Part shown: piece by piece, positions 38,459 through 51,000 of the stretch
Position numbering within the stretch: the stretch's first letter is position 1
Layout of the letters: each line of letters opens with the position of its first letter
NCBI GenBank assembly: GCA_010093995.1
Contig: ML992515.1
Span: 301,533-365,532 of the forward strand
Source of the DNA: Elsinoe ampelina
Lineage: Eukaryota
Direction: 5' to 3'
DNA length: 64,000 nucleotides
Notes under the pieces: model-generated
The model's input: the letters and a program-made list of their open reading frames with translations, nothing else
What the model was told of the DNA's origin: nothing
Databases searched by the model: none
Position numbers and translations under genes: made by a program

Positions 38459-41400
38459 CTACTTAGTATAACTAGTAGAGAATTATCGGACTTTATAGTT
38501 ACTAAGGGACTTAGGCGCTAGAAGTTTACCTTACTATATTAAGTAGCGATAAGACATAACTTGCCTAATAGATATAGTACTAATAGTAGATACGTGTAGG
38601 AAGGGATTAGCTACTTATCTAAGGAGCTATAATAACAAAAAACTAGCTAGTTGTTACCTAATAAGGCAAGACGATAATACTAGCTAAAGCCTTAGTATAA
38701 TAAAGATCTATACGTTAAACTACTTTATACTAGAAGTTGAAATATAAGAGAGTAAGGTAAGAGTAATAATAGATTCGGAAGCTAACTATAGCTACGTCTC
38801 TATAATAGTTACTAATTAGCTTAAACCTTATTAATACTAGAAGGAGTTACCTTACCTACTTACTATAGCGGATAGAACCCCTATAGGGAAGGATAGGAAA
38901 GTTACTTAGGAACTACGAAATGTTATAATTAAAATTAAAACATATATAGAAAAACAATCGATCGATATAGTAGACATATAGTACGATATAGTACTTAGCA
39001 TAGACTAGCTTTAATAACACAATCTAGACGTAGACTAGATTAAAGGAACACTCGAATTCCCTAAGTATAATTATAAGACGTAGGGAGCATAATTAGCTCT
39101 ATAGATACTAACTATAAGAATAGTATAGGTATAACTAATAGTTAAAGCTATCACTAGCATAAGCAACTAAGCACTTCCGCCGGAATATAAAGACTTTAAG
39201 GACTTATTTAAAGAAAGAGAAGGCATTATAGCCTTACTCTAATATAAACTATAGAATTATAAAATACTCTTTAAAGAGGGTAAATCCCTAATACACTATT
39301 AAGGTCTTATACTACTATCGAAATAAGAGGAGAATGTCCTTAAGAACTATATCGATAAGTACTTACTTAAAGGATTTATACAACTATTAAAATTACCTAT
39401 TACGTACGGAGTGCTTTTTACACCTAAAAAGGATAGGACGTTACAAATATACATTAATTACTAGAAACTTAATACACTTACTAGGAAGAATTACTATCCC
39501 TTACTAAGGATTAACAAACTTTAAGACTAACTACTTAGAGCTAAATAGTTCACTGTAATTAATATTAGGGACGCCTATTATTAAGTACAAATAAAGAAGA
39601 GTAAGGAGTAGAAGACAGCTTTTAGGACATAATAGAGTCTATATAAGTACCTCGTTATACTCTTTAAGTTAACTAACGCTCCTATAACCTTCTAAGAGTT
39701 AATTAATAACACTCTATAAGAATACCTTAACAACTTTATCTTAGTATATTTAGATAATATTATTATCTTCTTAAAGATATACGATAAATATATAGAACAT
39801 GTTTATAAAGTGCTATAGAAACTAAAAGAGAAAGACCTACTAGTAAAACTCTCTAAGTGCAAGTTCTATAAGTATAAGATACAATTTCTAAGCTATGTTA
39901 TATCTACTAATAGTATCGGACCTAATCTAAAGAAGATTAAGTTAGTAAATAACTAGCTAGAACCTATAATAGTTAAGAAGGTTTAAGCGCTACTAGAGTT
40001 CTTTAACTACTACTATAAGTTTATTAAAGGATTCTCTAAGGTAGCTACGCTAATATCTAACCTTATAAAGAAAAAAACCAGATTTGTCTTTAATAAGAAA
40101 TATAGGTAGGCCTTTAAGGAGCTAAAGCTTAGACTTATAATAGCACCTGTCCTAGCACTCTTTAACCTAGACTAATAAGCACTACTAGAAACAGATGCCT
40201 TAGACTTTGTAATAGAAGCGTATCTAGCGTAGAAGGACGCGGAAGAATAATACTACCTAATTATATACTACTTACGAAAAATGACTAGATCTAAACTTAA
40301 CTACGACATATACAATAAGGAGTTACTTACAATTATAGAGGTATTCTATAAATAGAAAGTATACCTAGAAGGAACAACCTCACCTATATAAGTCTATACC
40401 GACTATAAGAACCTATTATATTAGACAATAACTAAGGTTCTTAATAGACGACAAGTGCGATAGTTAAAAACACTTACAAGCTATAACTTTTAGATCTACT
40501 ATATTAAGGGATTAGAGAATAGTAGAGTAGATACTCTTAGCCGACAACCGGATTACTTAAAGAATATAACAATAATAGAGGCCTCTATACTAAAGTAGTA
40601 AGATAGCGCTCTAGTCTATAAGCACCCGAAGGTAAAGTAGTTATATAGCCTTACCTAGAAGCTTACGTAAGAATAGAAGAAAGAAGTTATTTAAATATAC
40701 TATAATAACCTAATAGTAGGACATAGTAGGATTAATAAGACTATTAAACTTATTACATAAAACTACCTATAGAAAGAACTTCGAAACAATATTAAGATAT
40801 ATATTGCTATATACGATACATGCTATAAGTCTAAGCACTTACGACACAAGCTATATAGCCTATTATAACCCTTACTACTACTAAATAAACTATAGCAATT
40901 AGTTACGATAGACTTTATAGGACCTTTACTACTATTAGAAGAACCTCTTATAGGTGTAAAGTATAATAGTATTCTAGTCCTAGTAGATAGGTTTACGAAG
41001 TATTACTACTTTATACTATATAAGACAATAGTAACTGCCGAGGATATAGCCTTTACCTTCCTCTAAATAATTGTTTTATAATATAGAGTACTACGAGACC
41101 TAATAACTAACAGGGATAAGCTATTTACATCACAATTCTAGTAATTATTTATAGATCTACTAGGAGTTAAACATAAGCTATTAACCTTCTTTTATTTACA
41201 AACGGACAGATAAACTAAATAGGTAAATTAAGTACTAGAGTAGTACCTATAATGCTACCTAAACTATAAGCAAGACTTATAGGTAATGCTATTACTACTT
41301 ATAGAGCTTGCTATTAATAATAGAAAGTTAGCAAATAGAATTTTACTATTCTACGTAAACTATAGAATACACCCGGATCTATACTACGACATACTCGGAA

Positions 41401-42013
41401 TTAAGCTAATATCTAAGGACACTAACATACTAGTAGCTAACATTAAGAAACTATATAACTAGCTATACTATAATATAGTATTTATATTACAAAGAATAGC
41501 AGATTTTGCTAACTAGAAGAGAATTACGGGACTAATTCTATAGGAGGGAGAGAAAGTTTACCTCCTTAGTAGAAATATTAAAACGAAACGACTAAGTAAG
41601 AAACTTAACTACACTAAACTAGGACTCTTTAAGATCCTAGAAAAGAAAAATAAGAACGTATATAAACTAGAACTACTAAGACATATAAGGATCTATCTAG
41701 TCTTTTATATATTACTACTAGAGAAAGCACTATAGAACACTATACCCGGACCTATTAAACTAGATAAAGAAATATAGGAGCTACGGTATAAGATCGAAAG
41801 GATTTTACATTATAAATCTATAAGGGGAAAATGTTACTATCTTATCTACTAGAAAGGACATTAGTATAGTAAGGCAACATAGGAACTAGAAGAACACCTT
41901 ACCTCGTAAGTAATCCTAGATTACCGAATTAAGAACCTATCCTAAGTAAACTAACTAGATAGACCTAGCACTTCTAATACTAAACAAAAACGAGAATGCC
42001 TAAGGAAGATCGC

Positions 42014-42562
42014 TTAGCTAATAGAAGCACCTTAATCATTGCTAAATAGAGAACCCTAGTCGAAGTTAGGCATAAATAATTACTAGTCCTATAGTAGGAT
42101 AGGATCTACCGATAATAGTATTTCCTTCTACTCTAGGACTTAAATACAAGTCTCCTCTAGAGAGATTACTTTCTCCGCCTTATCCTCTAACTTTTATATC
42201 TCTTCGCGCAGGTGAAGCTTATTGCCTATAGCTCTTTAACAAGCCTCTTTTGCCTTTTTATAAGCTTCTTTAGCTTTCTTTCTAGTAGCCTTAGCCGCGA
42301 CTAATTCCTTTCGTAAACAAATATACTTAGACTAGAGACGCTACTATTTCAATTTTGTTACTTAAATATTATAACTCGAGTAGTTACTTACGACATACTA
42401 GCTATAAATACCTAACTAAATATAGACTTTGTAGTCTAGCTCTTTTAACTTATAACAAGAGTAAGCTTATAGCATATTAGTTCTAAATAATTTAATAAAC
42501 TCCGAGAGGTTCTTTTATATAGATATACTAGATTTACTATGCCTTTAATAACTAGGAGACAT
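42014..42562 (-). pseudogene. RIP-destroyed antisense ORF inside Gypsy-A copy 2: Zn2Cys6-like cluster plus coiled coil (3' end approximate)
   Basis: ATG at 42562. TAY codons (RIP products of TGY) at spacing x2-x6-x8-x2-x7 over 42463-42371, then a K/E/A/R-rich helical tract. Collinear copy at 47457. Confidence 0.65.
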
Positions 42563-45500
42563 GTTTAGTACATAGCGCGTAAGAATAAGAAAGAATACTT
42601 ACTTATTAGGACAACTCGATTAAGGGAGGAAAGTAATATTATAAACTAGTAGGACAGCTAAAGCGTAGAGATGTTAGGACTAATTAAACTACTAAGGTTA
42701 TTACGTGACCTAGCCCGACGTTTACTTAGTTCTCTATCTTCTCTAGTAGCTCTACCCTAGAGACTATAGAGTATATAGGTTACTAGTAGACGTGTACTCT
42801 ATATTGCTCCCGACTCTTGCTACGAAGTATATAGAGTATATAGAGTACGTAGTAAAGAATACATATATATAGGAGTAGTTCTTACCTTATATAAGTACTA
42901 TAGTTAACCTTATCTAGATAGCGAATACTAGTATTACTAAGGCTAGCCCTTATAATACTATCTAATTGTACTTTATTATCTATAAGATATACCTTCTCCG
43001 ACTCTTACCTTAGTACTATACTACTATAGAAGCAGAACTACCTCGTTCTTAGCTTAGCTTAGACTACTAGCGTAGGCTATGTTTAGATAGTTTATAATAC
43101 AACGAAGAGGAATATACTAAACGACTATAGTATAATAATATAGAAGAGAACTTATTCGACAACGACGATATACTACTACTAGGTAGACAACTTAAAGTAT
43201 ACCTTATAGGGATATAGAGGAATTATATAATAATATATATCTACTACTAGAATAGGACATAACAAGATAAATCTATATAACTTACTTTCGTCTTTAATAC
43301 TAACGCCTAGCTATACCTAGAGGAAATAGTTATACTAATATAAGTATACGACACTACTTAGTATAACTAGTAGAGAATTATTAGACTTTATAGTTATTAA
43401 GAAACATAAGCACTAGAAGTTTACCTCGCTATATTAAATAGCAATAAGACACAACTTGCCTAATAGATATAGTACTAATAGTAGATACGTGTAGAAAGGG
43501 ATTAGCTACTTATCTAAGGAGCTACAATAACAAAAAACTAGTAAGTTATTACCTAATAAGGCAAGATAATAATACTAGCTAAAGCCTTAGTATAATAAAG
43601 ATTTATATGTTAAATTACTTTATACTAGAAGTCTAGATATAAGGAAATAAGGTAAGGGCAATAATAGATTTAGGAGCTAACTATAGCTACGTCTCTATAA
43701 CAATTGCTAATTAGCTTAAACCTTATTAATATTAGAAGGAGTTACCTTACCTACTTACTATAGCAGATAGAACTCCTATAGGAAAGGATAGGAAAGTTAC
43801 CTAGGAACTATAAAACGTTATAATCTAAATCAAAACACATACGGAAAGATAATTAATTAATATAGTTAATATATAGTATAATATAGTACTTAGCATAGAC
43901 TAGCTTTAATAATATAATCTAGACGTGGACTAGATTAAAGAAACACTTGAATTTCCTAAGTGTAATTATAGAACATAGGGAGTATAATTAGCTCTATAGA
44001 TACTAACTATAAAGATAGTATAGGTACGACTAATAGTTAGAGCTATTACTAGCGTAAGTAATCGAGTACTTCCGCTAGAATATAAAGACTTTAAGGACTT
44101 ATTTAAGGAAAGAGAAAGTATCGTAGCCTTGCCCTAATATAAACTATAGAATTATAAAATACCTTTTAAAGAGAGTAAATCCCTAATACACTATTAAGGT
44201 CTTATACTACTATTAAAATAAGAGAAGAACGTTCTTAAGGAATATATTAATAAGCACTTACCTAAAGGATTTATACGACTATTAAAATTACCTATTACGT
44301 ACGGAGTGCTTTTTATACTAAAAAAGGATAGAACGTTATAAATATACATTAATTACTAGAAACTTAATACACTTACTAGGAAGAATTGCTATTCCTTACT
44401 AAGGATTAACAAACTTTAAGACTAACTACTTAGAGCTAAATAGTTTACTATAATCGATATTAGGGACGTCTACTATTAAGTATAAATAAAGGAGGGCGAG
44501 GAGTAGAAGACAGCTTTTAGAATATAATAGAGTCTATACAAGTACCTCGTTATGCCCTTTAGGTTAACTAATGCTCCTATAACCTTCTAAGAGTTAATTA
44601 ATAACACTCTATAAGAATACCTTAACAACTTTATCTTAGTATATTTAGATAATATTATTATCTTCTTAAAGATGTACAATAAATACGTAAGATATATTTA
44701 TAAAGTACTACGGAAACTAAAAGAAAAAGACTTACTAGTAAAGCTCTCTAAGTGTAAGTTTTATAAATATAAGATATAATTTCTAGGCTATATTATATCT
44801 ACTAATAGCATTAGACCTAATCTAAAGAAGATCGAGTTAGTAAACAACTAGCCGGAACCTATAATAGTTAAGGAGGTTTAAGCGCTACTAGGATTCTTTA
44901 ACTACTATTATAAATTTGTTAAAGAATTCTCTAAGGTAGCTACGCTAATATCTAACCTTACAAAAAAGGAAACTAGCTTTGTCTTCGACGAAGATTGTAG
45001 GTAGGCCTTTAAGGAGCTAAAGCTTAGGCTTATAATAGCACCTATCCTAGTACTCTTCGACCTAGACTAGTAAGTACTACTAGAAACGAATGCCTCGGAC
45101 TTTATAATAGAAGCGTATCTAGCGTAGAAGGATATAGAAGAATAACGCTGCCTAATTATATACTACTTACGAAAAATAACTGGACCTAAACTTAACTACA
45201 ATATACACGATAAAGAGTTACTTATAATTATAGAAGTATTCCGTAAGTAGAGAGTATACCTAGAAGGAACGACCTTACCTATATAAGTCTACACCGACTA
45301 TAAGAACCTATTATATTAGACAATAACTAAGGCTCTTAATAGATAATAGGTTCGATAGTTAGAAATACTTATAAGCTACAACTTTTAGATCTACTATATT
45401 AAGGAATTAGAGAATAGCGAGGTAAACGCTCTTAGCCGACAACTAGACTACTTAAAGAATATAACAATAATAGAGGCCTCTATACTAAAACAGTAAGACA

Positions 45501-46908
45501 GCGCTTTAGTTTATAAGTACCCGAAGGTAGAGTAGTTATATAGCCTTACTTAGGAGCTTATATAAGAACAGAAAAAAGAAGTTATTTAAATACACTATAA
45601 TAACCTAATAGTAGGATATAGCGGGATTAATAAGACTATTAAACTTATTACGCGAAACTACCTCTAGAAAGAACTCTAAAATAATATTAAGACGTATATC
45701 GCTATATACGATATATGCTATAAGTCTAAACACTCTCGATATAAACTATATAGCCTACTATAACCCTTACTACCACTAGATAAACTATAGCAATTAGTTA
45801 CGATAGACTTTATAGGACCTCTACTACTATTAGAAGAGTCTCTTACAGGTGTAAAGTATAATAGTATTCTAGTCCTAGTAGATAGGTTTACGAAGTATTA
45901 CTACTTTATACTATATAAGACAATAGCAACTACCGAGGATATAGCCTTTACCTTTCTCCAAATAATTGTTTTATAACATAGAGTACTACGAGACCTAATA
46001 ACTAATAGAGATAAGCTATTTACGTTATAATTCTAGTAATTATTTATAGACTTACTAGGAGTTAAATATAAGCTATTAACCTTCTTTTATCCGTAAACGG
46101 ATAGATAAACTAAACGGGCAAATTAAGTACTAGAGTAGTACCTATAATGCTACCTAAACTATAAGTAAGACTTATAAGTAACACTACTACTGCTCGCGAA
46201 GCTTGCTATTAATAATAGAAAGTTAGTAAATAGAATTTTACTATTCTACGTAAACTATAGAATATACCCGGATCTATACTATAATACACTTAGAATTAAG
46301 CTAATATCTAAGAATGCTAATATATTAGTAGCTAACATTAAGAAACTATATAACTAGCTATACTATAATATAGTATTTATATTATAAAGAATAGTAGAGT
46401 TTACTAACTAGAAGAGAATTACGAGACTAATTCTATAGGAAAGGGAGAAAGTTTACCTCCTTAGTAAAAATATTAGAACGAAACAACTAAGTAAGAAACT
46501 TAACTATACTAAACTAGAACTCTTTAAGATCCTAGAAAAGAAAAATAAAAACATATATAAACTAGAACTACTAAGACATATAAGGATCTATCTAGTCTTT
46601 TATATATTACTACTAGAGAAAGCACTATAGAATACTATACCCAGACCTATCAAACTAGATAAAGAAACATAGGAGCTATAGTATAAGATCGAAAGGGTTT
46701 TATGTTATAAACTTATTAAAGGAAAACGCTACTATCTTATTTACTAGAAGGGACATTAGTATAGTAAAGCAATATAGGAACTAGAGGAGTATCTTACCTT
46801 ATAAGCAATTCTAGATTACTAGAATAAGAACCTATCCTAAGTAAACTAACTAGATAGACCTAGTACTCCTAATACTAAATAAAAACGAGAATGCCTAAGG
46901 AAGGTCGC

Positions 46909-47457
46909 TTAGCTAATAGAAGCACCTTAATTGTTGCTAAATAGAGAACTCTAGTCAGAGTTAGGCATAAATAATTACTAATCCTATAGTAGGACGGGAT
47001 CTACTAACGATAGTATTTCCTCCTACTCTAGGACTCGAATATAGATCTCCTCTAGAGAGATTACTTCCTCTGCCTTATTCTTTAATTTCTATATCCCTTT
47101 ATATAGACGAAGCTTATCGCCTATAGCTCTTTAATAAGCCTCTTTTGCCTTTTTATAAGCCTCTTTAGCTTCCTTTCTAGTAGTCTTAGCTATAACTAAT
47201 TCCTTTCGTAAACGAATATACTTAGACTAGAGACGCTACTATTTCGATTTTATTACTTAAATATTATAACTCGAGTAGTTACTTACGACATACTAGCTAT
47301 AGATACCCGACCGAATATAGACCTTATAATCTAGCCCCTTTAATTTGTAACAAGAATAAGCCTATAGTATATTAGTTCTAAATAGTTTAATAAACTCTAA
47401 GAGATTCTTTTATATAGATGTGCTAGATTTACTATGCCTTTAACAACTAGGAGGCAT
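46909..47457 (-). pseudogene. RIP-destroyed antisense ORF inside Gypsy-A copy 1: Zn2Cys6-like cluster plus coiled coil (3' end approximate)
   Basis: ATG CCT CCT at 47457. Same frame and same six TAY positions as copy 2, with less-mutated codons (AAG GGG; ATT CGG TCG GGT ATC = IRSGI). Confidence 0.65.
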
Positions 47458-48000
47458 ATTTAGTACATAGCGCGTAAAGATAAGAAGGAATACTTACTCG
47501 TTAGGACAACTCGATTAAAGGAGAAGAGTAATATTACAAACTAGTAGGATAGCTAGAGTATAGGCGTAGAGACGTTAAGACCAATTAAACTGCTAAGGTT
47601 ATTATATAACCTAGCCTGACGTTTACTCGGTTCTCTATCTTCTCTAGTAGCTCTACTCTAGAGACTATAAAGCGCGTAGGTTACTAGTAGATATATACTC
47701 TATACTACTCTCGGCTTTCGCTACGAAGCATATAAAGCATATAGAGTACGTAATAAAGAACACAAGTATATAGGAACAGTCCTTACCTTATATAAGTACT
47801 ATAGTTAACCTTGTCTAGATAGCGAACACTAGTATTACTAAGGCTAGCCTTTATAATACTATCTAATTGTACTTTATTATCTATAAAACATACCTTCTCT
47901 AACTCTTACCTTAGTACTATACTACTATAGAAGTAGAACTACCTCGTTCTTAGCTTAGCTTAGACTACTAACGTAGACTATGTTTAGACAGTTCGTAATA

Positions 48001-51000
48001 GTAGACTACTAGCTAAAAATTTTAATATCCCCTTTGTTACGTATTAACTTTTAATACTATTCTATTTATAACTAACTATGCTAAGTATAGCTCGATCTTA
48101 CTATAGCGACAAAGAGCGCTACTAAAGTAAGCTACTTTAACTTATCCCCGACAATAATAACGCCTCTATCTACTCTCTCTACTATAATCTTTTTGCTCTC
48201 TCTAACGCTATACTCCTTAAGAAGCTATAGAAAGAGTATAGTATATAGGTACTAAGAGACGTATTTAACTATATTAAGTTCTTCTATAATAAGTAGACTA
48301 CGTAGGTAAAAGACACTTATACTAATACTCTCTACTATTACTATAAGTTAGATACTACTTAGGCCTAGCTCGGTAACCTCTAATCTAAACTAGACATATC
48401 TTAGTCCTATGCTAATAGCGTTACTACCTAAGCTACTTACTACCTAGACAAAATCTAAGAGCTTAAGGCTAAGGTAGACTAACTAAGAAACGAGATAGAG
48501 CGTAGTATACTAGCCCTTTCTATATATAGCTCTACTTTATTAGAAAAGATACTAGACTCTACTGTCTTTAGTATAGGTATACCGGAGTAGTTCAAGGTCT
48601 TTAAGCACTAGATAAGGAATAAGATATACACTAATATAGATTATTTCTCTATAAGGGACACCTAGTTTACCTATCTATACTTACGCCTCTCTAGAGAAGC
48701 CTATACCCTTATTATAGACTTAGCTAGTAATAATGTTATTAGCATTAAAGAGGTTCTTACTCTTCTAGCCTAGCGCTTTAAGAATCCTAACTATAGAGCT
48801 ACTATACGTACTTAGTTTACTAACCTCTTCTAGTATAATAGCACATTTAACTCCTTTATTAGCAAGTTTAATAAGTATGCCCTTTGCGCTAAGATCGCTA
48901 AAGAGGAGTAGCTATACTAGATCTATTAGAAGATATCTAATAAGCTACGTAATGCTCTAGTTAACTACAACACTAATAACCTTACTACCTTTATTACTAA
49001 GGCCTACGCTACTAACTATAACATTCGATAGAATAACTTTATTACTAAGCGTACTTAGGCTTTACGTTCTATACTAGCTATAAGCTACGCCGCTACTATA
49101 CCTACTTACATATCTTATTTCACTTCTACGCCTATAGCTCTATCTACCTTCTACTCTATTACTAGAGGTACTCTATAGCCTTTTCGTCTAGCTCTAGTAC
49201 TTACCTATTATACATGTAGTAAGCCTAGACATATCTCTACTAAGTGTATAGCTAGCGCCTTAGAGAAGGCTACTTACGCTACTATACGCCCTATATGTAT
49301 TAGCGCTATAGAGGAGATATAGTAGCTCTAGGATTACTTAGCTAAGTTAAGTAACTAGGTCGACACTAGTTCGGCTTACGAACTAGATCTAGTTAAGCCT
49401 TAGTTTAACTCCGAAATAGACTATAAGTCTACTAGTTTCTCTAGCTAGAGAAATAAGTAGCTGGAGGACAAGTCTTATTCTCTAGTAGAATAAGAGTAAT
49501 TCGAGATAGATCCGGAGGTATATAGTTACTAAATAGTATTATTAGCTACTACATCCTCGCTATTATAACTCCTATTACTATTTACAACCTCTATAACTAC
49601 TTACGCACTATTACACTTTAAGCCTTTATTAATACTAGCGTACTTATTAGTACTATAGTTAATTATAACATTCTTAATAAGCTAAAGAGCTTCGGCTGCC
49701 CCGTAGCACTAGCTAGTCCTATTTAGCTTTAAGCCTATAACGGTGTTCTAATAGAGCAAGTTACATATAGCGTTTCCCTTACTACTACTGTTTCTAGTAA
49801 GCTAAATAACCTTACTATCTTTTACATTATAGATATTGGCCGATTTGACATTATCCTCGGCCTTAGCTAGCTTAAGGCCACGTCACGAAAACACTTTTCG
49901 TGGGGAATTACATTAGATTGCATTAGATTGCATTAGAAATAGACCTAGAGGTTTTTTTGCTTAGAAGTGCTTAGAAGTGAATTAGAACTACGTTTTTTCT
50001 ACTTTCCTGCTTTCAATTTAGAGTTTCTTAGCATATATTATATATTATAATAAACTAGAAAAAATTCTACGTTTTTTGGTATATAATTTGCTTATGTAAT
50101 ATAGCTAGATTATTTTTAGAATTGGACTTAAAGTTTAAAACCTTATCTACTAGTACTTAGAGTAGTATTATATAAGTAAACTATATATCAAAAAATGTAG
50201 AATTTTTTCTAGTTTATAGTAACATATAGGGAAAGTAAATTTACTCTAAATAGACACGTAAAATCGCGAAAAACGCGAAAATAGTACGAAAAATAGTAAG
50301 GTAATATAACTCTTTTAGAATTTTCTAACGCAATTCTAAGTAACAAACTTAATTCCCTAACTCCCTACGAAAAGTATTTTTGTAACGCAATAGAGCTACT
50401 ATCGACTATAAGTATAGCTAAGTTATATATAAAGAAGAGTTTTCGCTAATAGTTATTAAGTAGAAGCTACTATAGCTAATTAAAAGACTAGAATCTAGAT
50501 CTAAGCCTAGCTTAGATCTAGGAATCTAGCTCGGCAAAGCTGCCGTTTTAGTTTAGAATTAGTTTAGTCCTAGTTTAATATATAAACTAGGTTCTAGCTT
50601 AGCTACCGAGATAGAGCGAACTAAACTATATTAACTACTAGCTCTTAGGTTAAACTTTAAGCTAAATTAGGGAGAGTTTAAGCTAATCTTCTATAGTACT
50701 TAGTTAATGTATAAGTTCTTCTACGTACTTACCTACGTAAGTAACACTAAGTAAGAAGAGCTAACTATTACTTTTATTAGCGCTACTACCTTTATATTAG
50801 TAGCTAAATACTAAAAGAATAAGGTATTTATAATCTTAGTAAAGAATATTAAAGACTACTACTAGATAGCCTCCGAGCTAGAACTAGATCCTATAGTAGT
50901 CCTCCTAGAGGAGTTATAGGAGTTTACTAATATCTTCTCTAAAGAATAATCTAATACGCTCCCTTAGTATCGGCTAGATTTTAATAACTGTATTATACTT

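Larger units (their letters stand above)
25437..43099 (+). mobile_element. Ty3/Gypsy family A, copy 2 (LTRs 25437-25899 and 42637-43099, 463 bp each), inserted in copy 1
   Basis: TG..CA LTR ends (3' copy RIP'd to TA..TA). 5-bp TSD cgacg (25432-25436) / caacg (43100-43104). Protease IDS(G)AN ~38770, RT ~39750, RNase H ETDAS ~40188, integrase ~40910, chromodomain YKIERIL ~41787. Confidence 0.92.
23366..48000 (+). mobile_element. Ty3/Gypsy chromovirus family A, copy 1 (about 7 kb without inserts). 5' LTR <23366-23786 (starts in gap), 3' LTR 47532-48000. Interrupted at 25436/43100 by copy 2
   Basis: De-RIP reading: gag ATG ~23903, CCHC knuckle ~24674-24715, protease ~43660, RT YLD(D)I ~44640, RNase H ~45080, integrase ~45800, chromodomain ~46680, PPT before 47532. 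Its LTRs share diagnostic bases (cggctttcgctacg; ggaaYagtcctt) absent from the copy-2 LTRs. Confidence 0.9.
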
